Part shown: in pieces, positions 63,459-64,000 of the stretch
Layout of the letters: each line of letters opens with the position of its first letter
How positions within the stretch are numbered: position 1 is the first letter of the stretch
NCBI GenBank assembly: GCA_017531225.1
Contig: JAFXLL010000014.1
Span: 45,390-109,389, forward strand
Length of the DNA: 64,000 nucleotides
Source of the DNA: Bacteroidales bacterium
GTDB taxonomy: Bacteria; Bacteroidota; Bacteroidia; Bacteroidales; F082
Direction of reading: 5' to 3'
The notes under the pieces: model-generated
What the model saw: the letters and a program-made list of their open reading frames with translations, nothing else
What the model was told of the DNA's origin: nothing
Database searches by the model: none
Position numbers and translations under genes: made by a program

Positions 63459-64000
63459 ACCCGAACAAAGAACATAAAAGTGCTTTAATGCGTTTGATGC
63501 GCCGTGAGGTGCTCAGGATGTTCTCGCAGCCAGTGTACGTCTTTTGCATGGTTGTTGCACCCTTGGTGGGTTATCTTTTCTTCACGACCTTGATGGGCCA
63601 GGGGTTACCCATGGACATCCCCATCGGGGTGGTCGACGAGGATAATACCGCCATCACACGTCAAGTGCTGCGCAACTTGGATGCCTTCCAGCAGTCGGAA
63701 ATCGTGGCGCAATACCCTAACTTCGGCGAGGCACGAGAAGCCATGCAACAGGGCAAAATTTACGCTTTCTACTACATTCCTAAAGGCACCACAGAGTTGG
63801 CGCTGTCAAGCAAACAGCCCAAGGTTTCATTCTATACCAATGCCGCCTATCTGGTGCCGGCTTCATTGGAATATCGCGACATGAAAATGATGGCGGAACT
63901 GGCCTCAGGAGCCATCGCCCGAGAGACTCTGTATGCAAAAGGCTATGCCGACGAGCAGGTGATGGGCATACTTCAACCCATCAAGATGGAGATGCACGCC
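63455..64000 (+). CDS. ABC-2-type transporter permease (N-terminal part; continues beyond window end)
   Basis: The ATG at 63455 overlaps the HlyD stop (ATGA). My translation is MNPNKEHKSALMRLMRREVLRMFSQPVYVFCMVVAPLVGYLFF.... The frame stays open to the window edge. This gene order is typical of a TolC/HlyD/ABC-2 operon. Confidence 0.75.
   Translation, partial: MNPNKEHKSALMRLMRREVLRMFSQPVYVFCMVVAPLVGYLFFTTLMGQGLPMDIPIGVVDEDNTAITRQVLRNLDAFQQSEIVAQYPNFGEAREAMQQGKIYAFYYIPKGTTELALSSKQPKVSFYTNAAYLVPASLEYRDMKMMAELASGAIARETLYAKGYADEQVMGILQPIKMEMHA

Noticed and set aside
1-64000. Search by eye for CRISPR arrays, rRNA/tRNA genes, transposases/integrases, prophage or known defence-system genes
   Set aside because: - I found no regularly spaced direct repeats, no cloverleaf candidates and no recombinase, transposase or phage-structural signatures.
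- The only repeats are paralogous genes, promoter cassettes and the small duplication reported above.

Overview
The window looks like a chromosomal segment of a Bacteroidota (Bacteroidales-like) genome. Support for this: a SusC/SusD pair, several proteins ending in type IX secretion (T9SS) C-terminal sorting domains, many lipoprotein signal peptides, and TAnnTTTG -7 boxes rather than Shine-Dalgarno sites upstream of starts. I call 44 protein-coding genes (2 cut by window edges) and 1 deletion-remnant pseudogene. I saw no rRNA, tRNA, CRISPR array, transposase or integrase.

Layout:
- (i) 1-8587, minus strand: a SusC/SusD polysaccharide-utilisation-type operon carrying two paralogous secreted proteins. 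One has a clear PNGase F-like domain plus a T9SS tail.
- (ii) 8719-19037, minus strand: a tightly packed five-gene operon of unknown function. It encodes a zinc-ribbon tail-anchored protein, two giant membrane-anchored HELFHxRQQ zincin-like paralogs, a GC-rich lipoprotein, and a zinc-ribbon/OmpA mosaic. A Kelch-like/TM/AraC one-component regulator (19200-20843) is transcribed divergently. Three 13-nt direct repeats lie in the shared control region.
- (iii) 20910-41006: housekeeping block (cysQ-like, topA, deoxyhypusine-synthase-like plus ureohydrolase pair, ruvC, asparagine-synthase-like, radA, mreDCB, purH, recJ, LysE-like, GH3-family, OM beta-barrel, PspC-domain, EF-G paralog).
- (iv) 41116-44628: small hypothetical or lipoprotein genes, plus a 415-nt gene-free stretch containing a 91-nt nested hairpin.
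- (v) 44821-57668: an island of modular T9SS cargo proteins (GLUG beta-helix type, BspA-type LRR) interleaved with two paralogous TPR/TM/LuxR-like regulators. Two near-identical promoter/leader cassettes drive it.
- (vi) 57839-59827: a local segmental duplication with an internally deleted gene copy.
- (vii) 59853-64000: AraC regulator plus a TolC/HlyD/ABC-2 efflux operon.

The best candidate for an undescribed system is block (ii). All family assignments come from reading motifs by eye; no database search was run.
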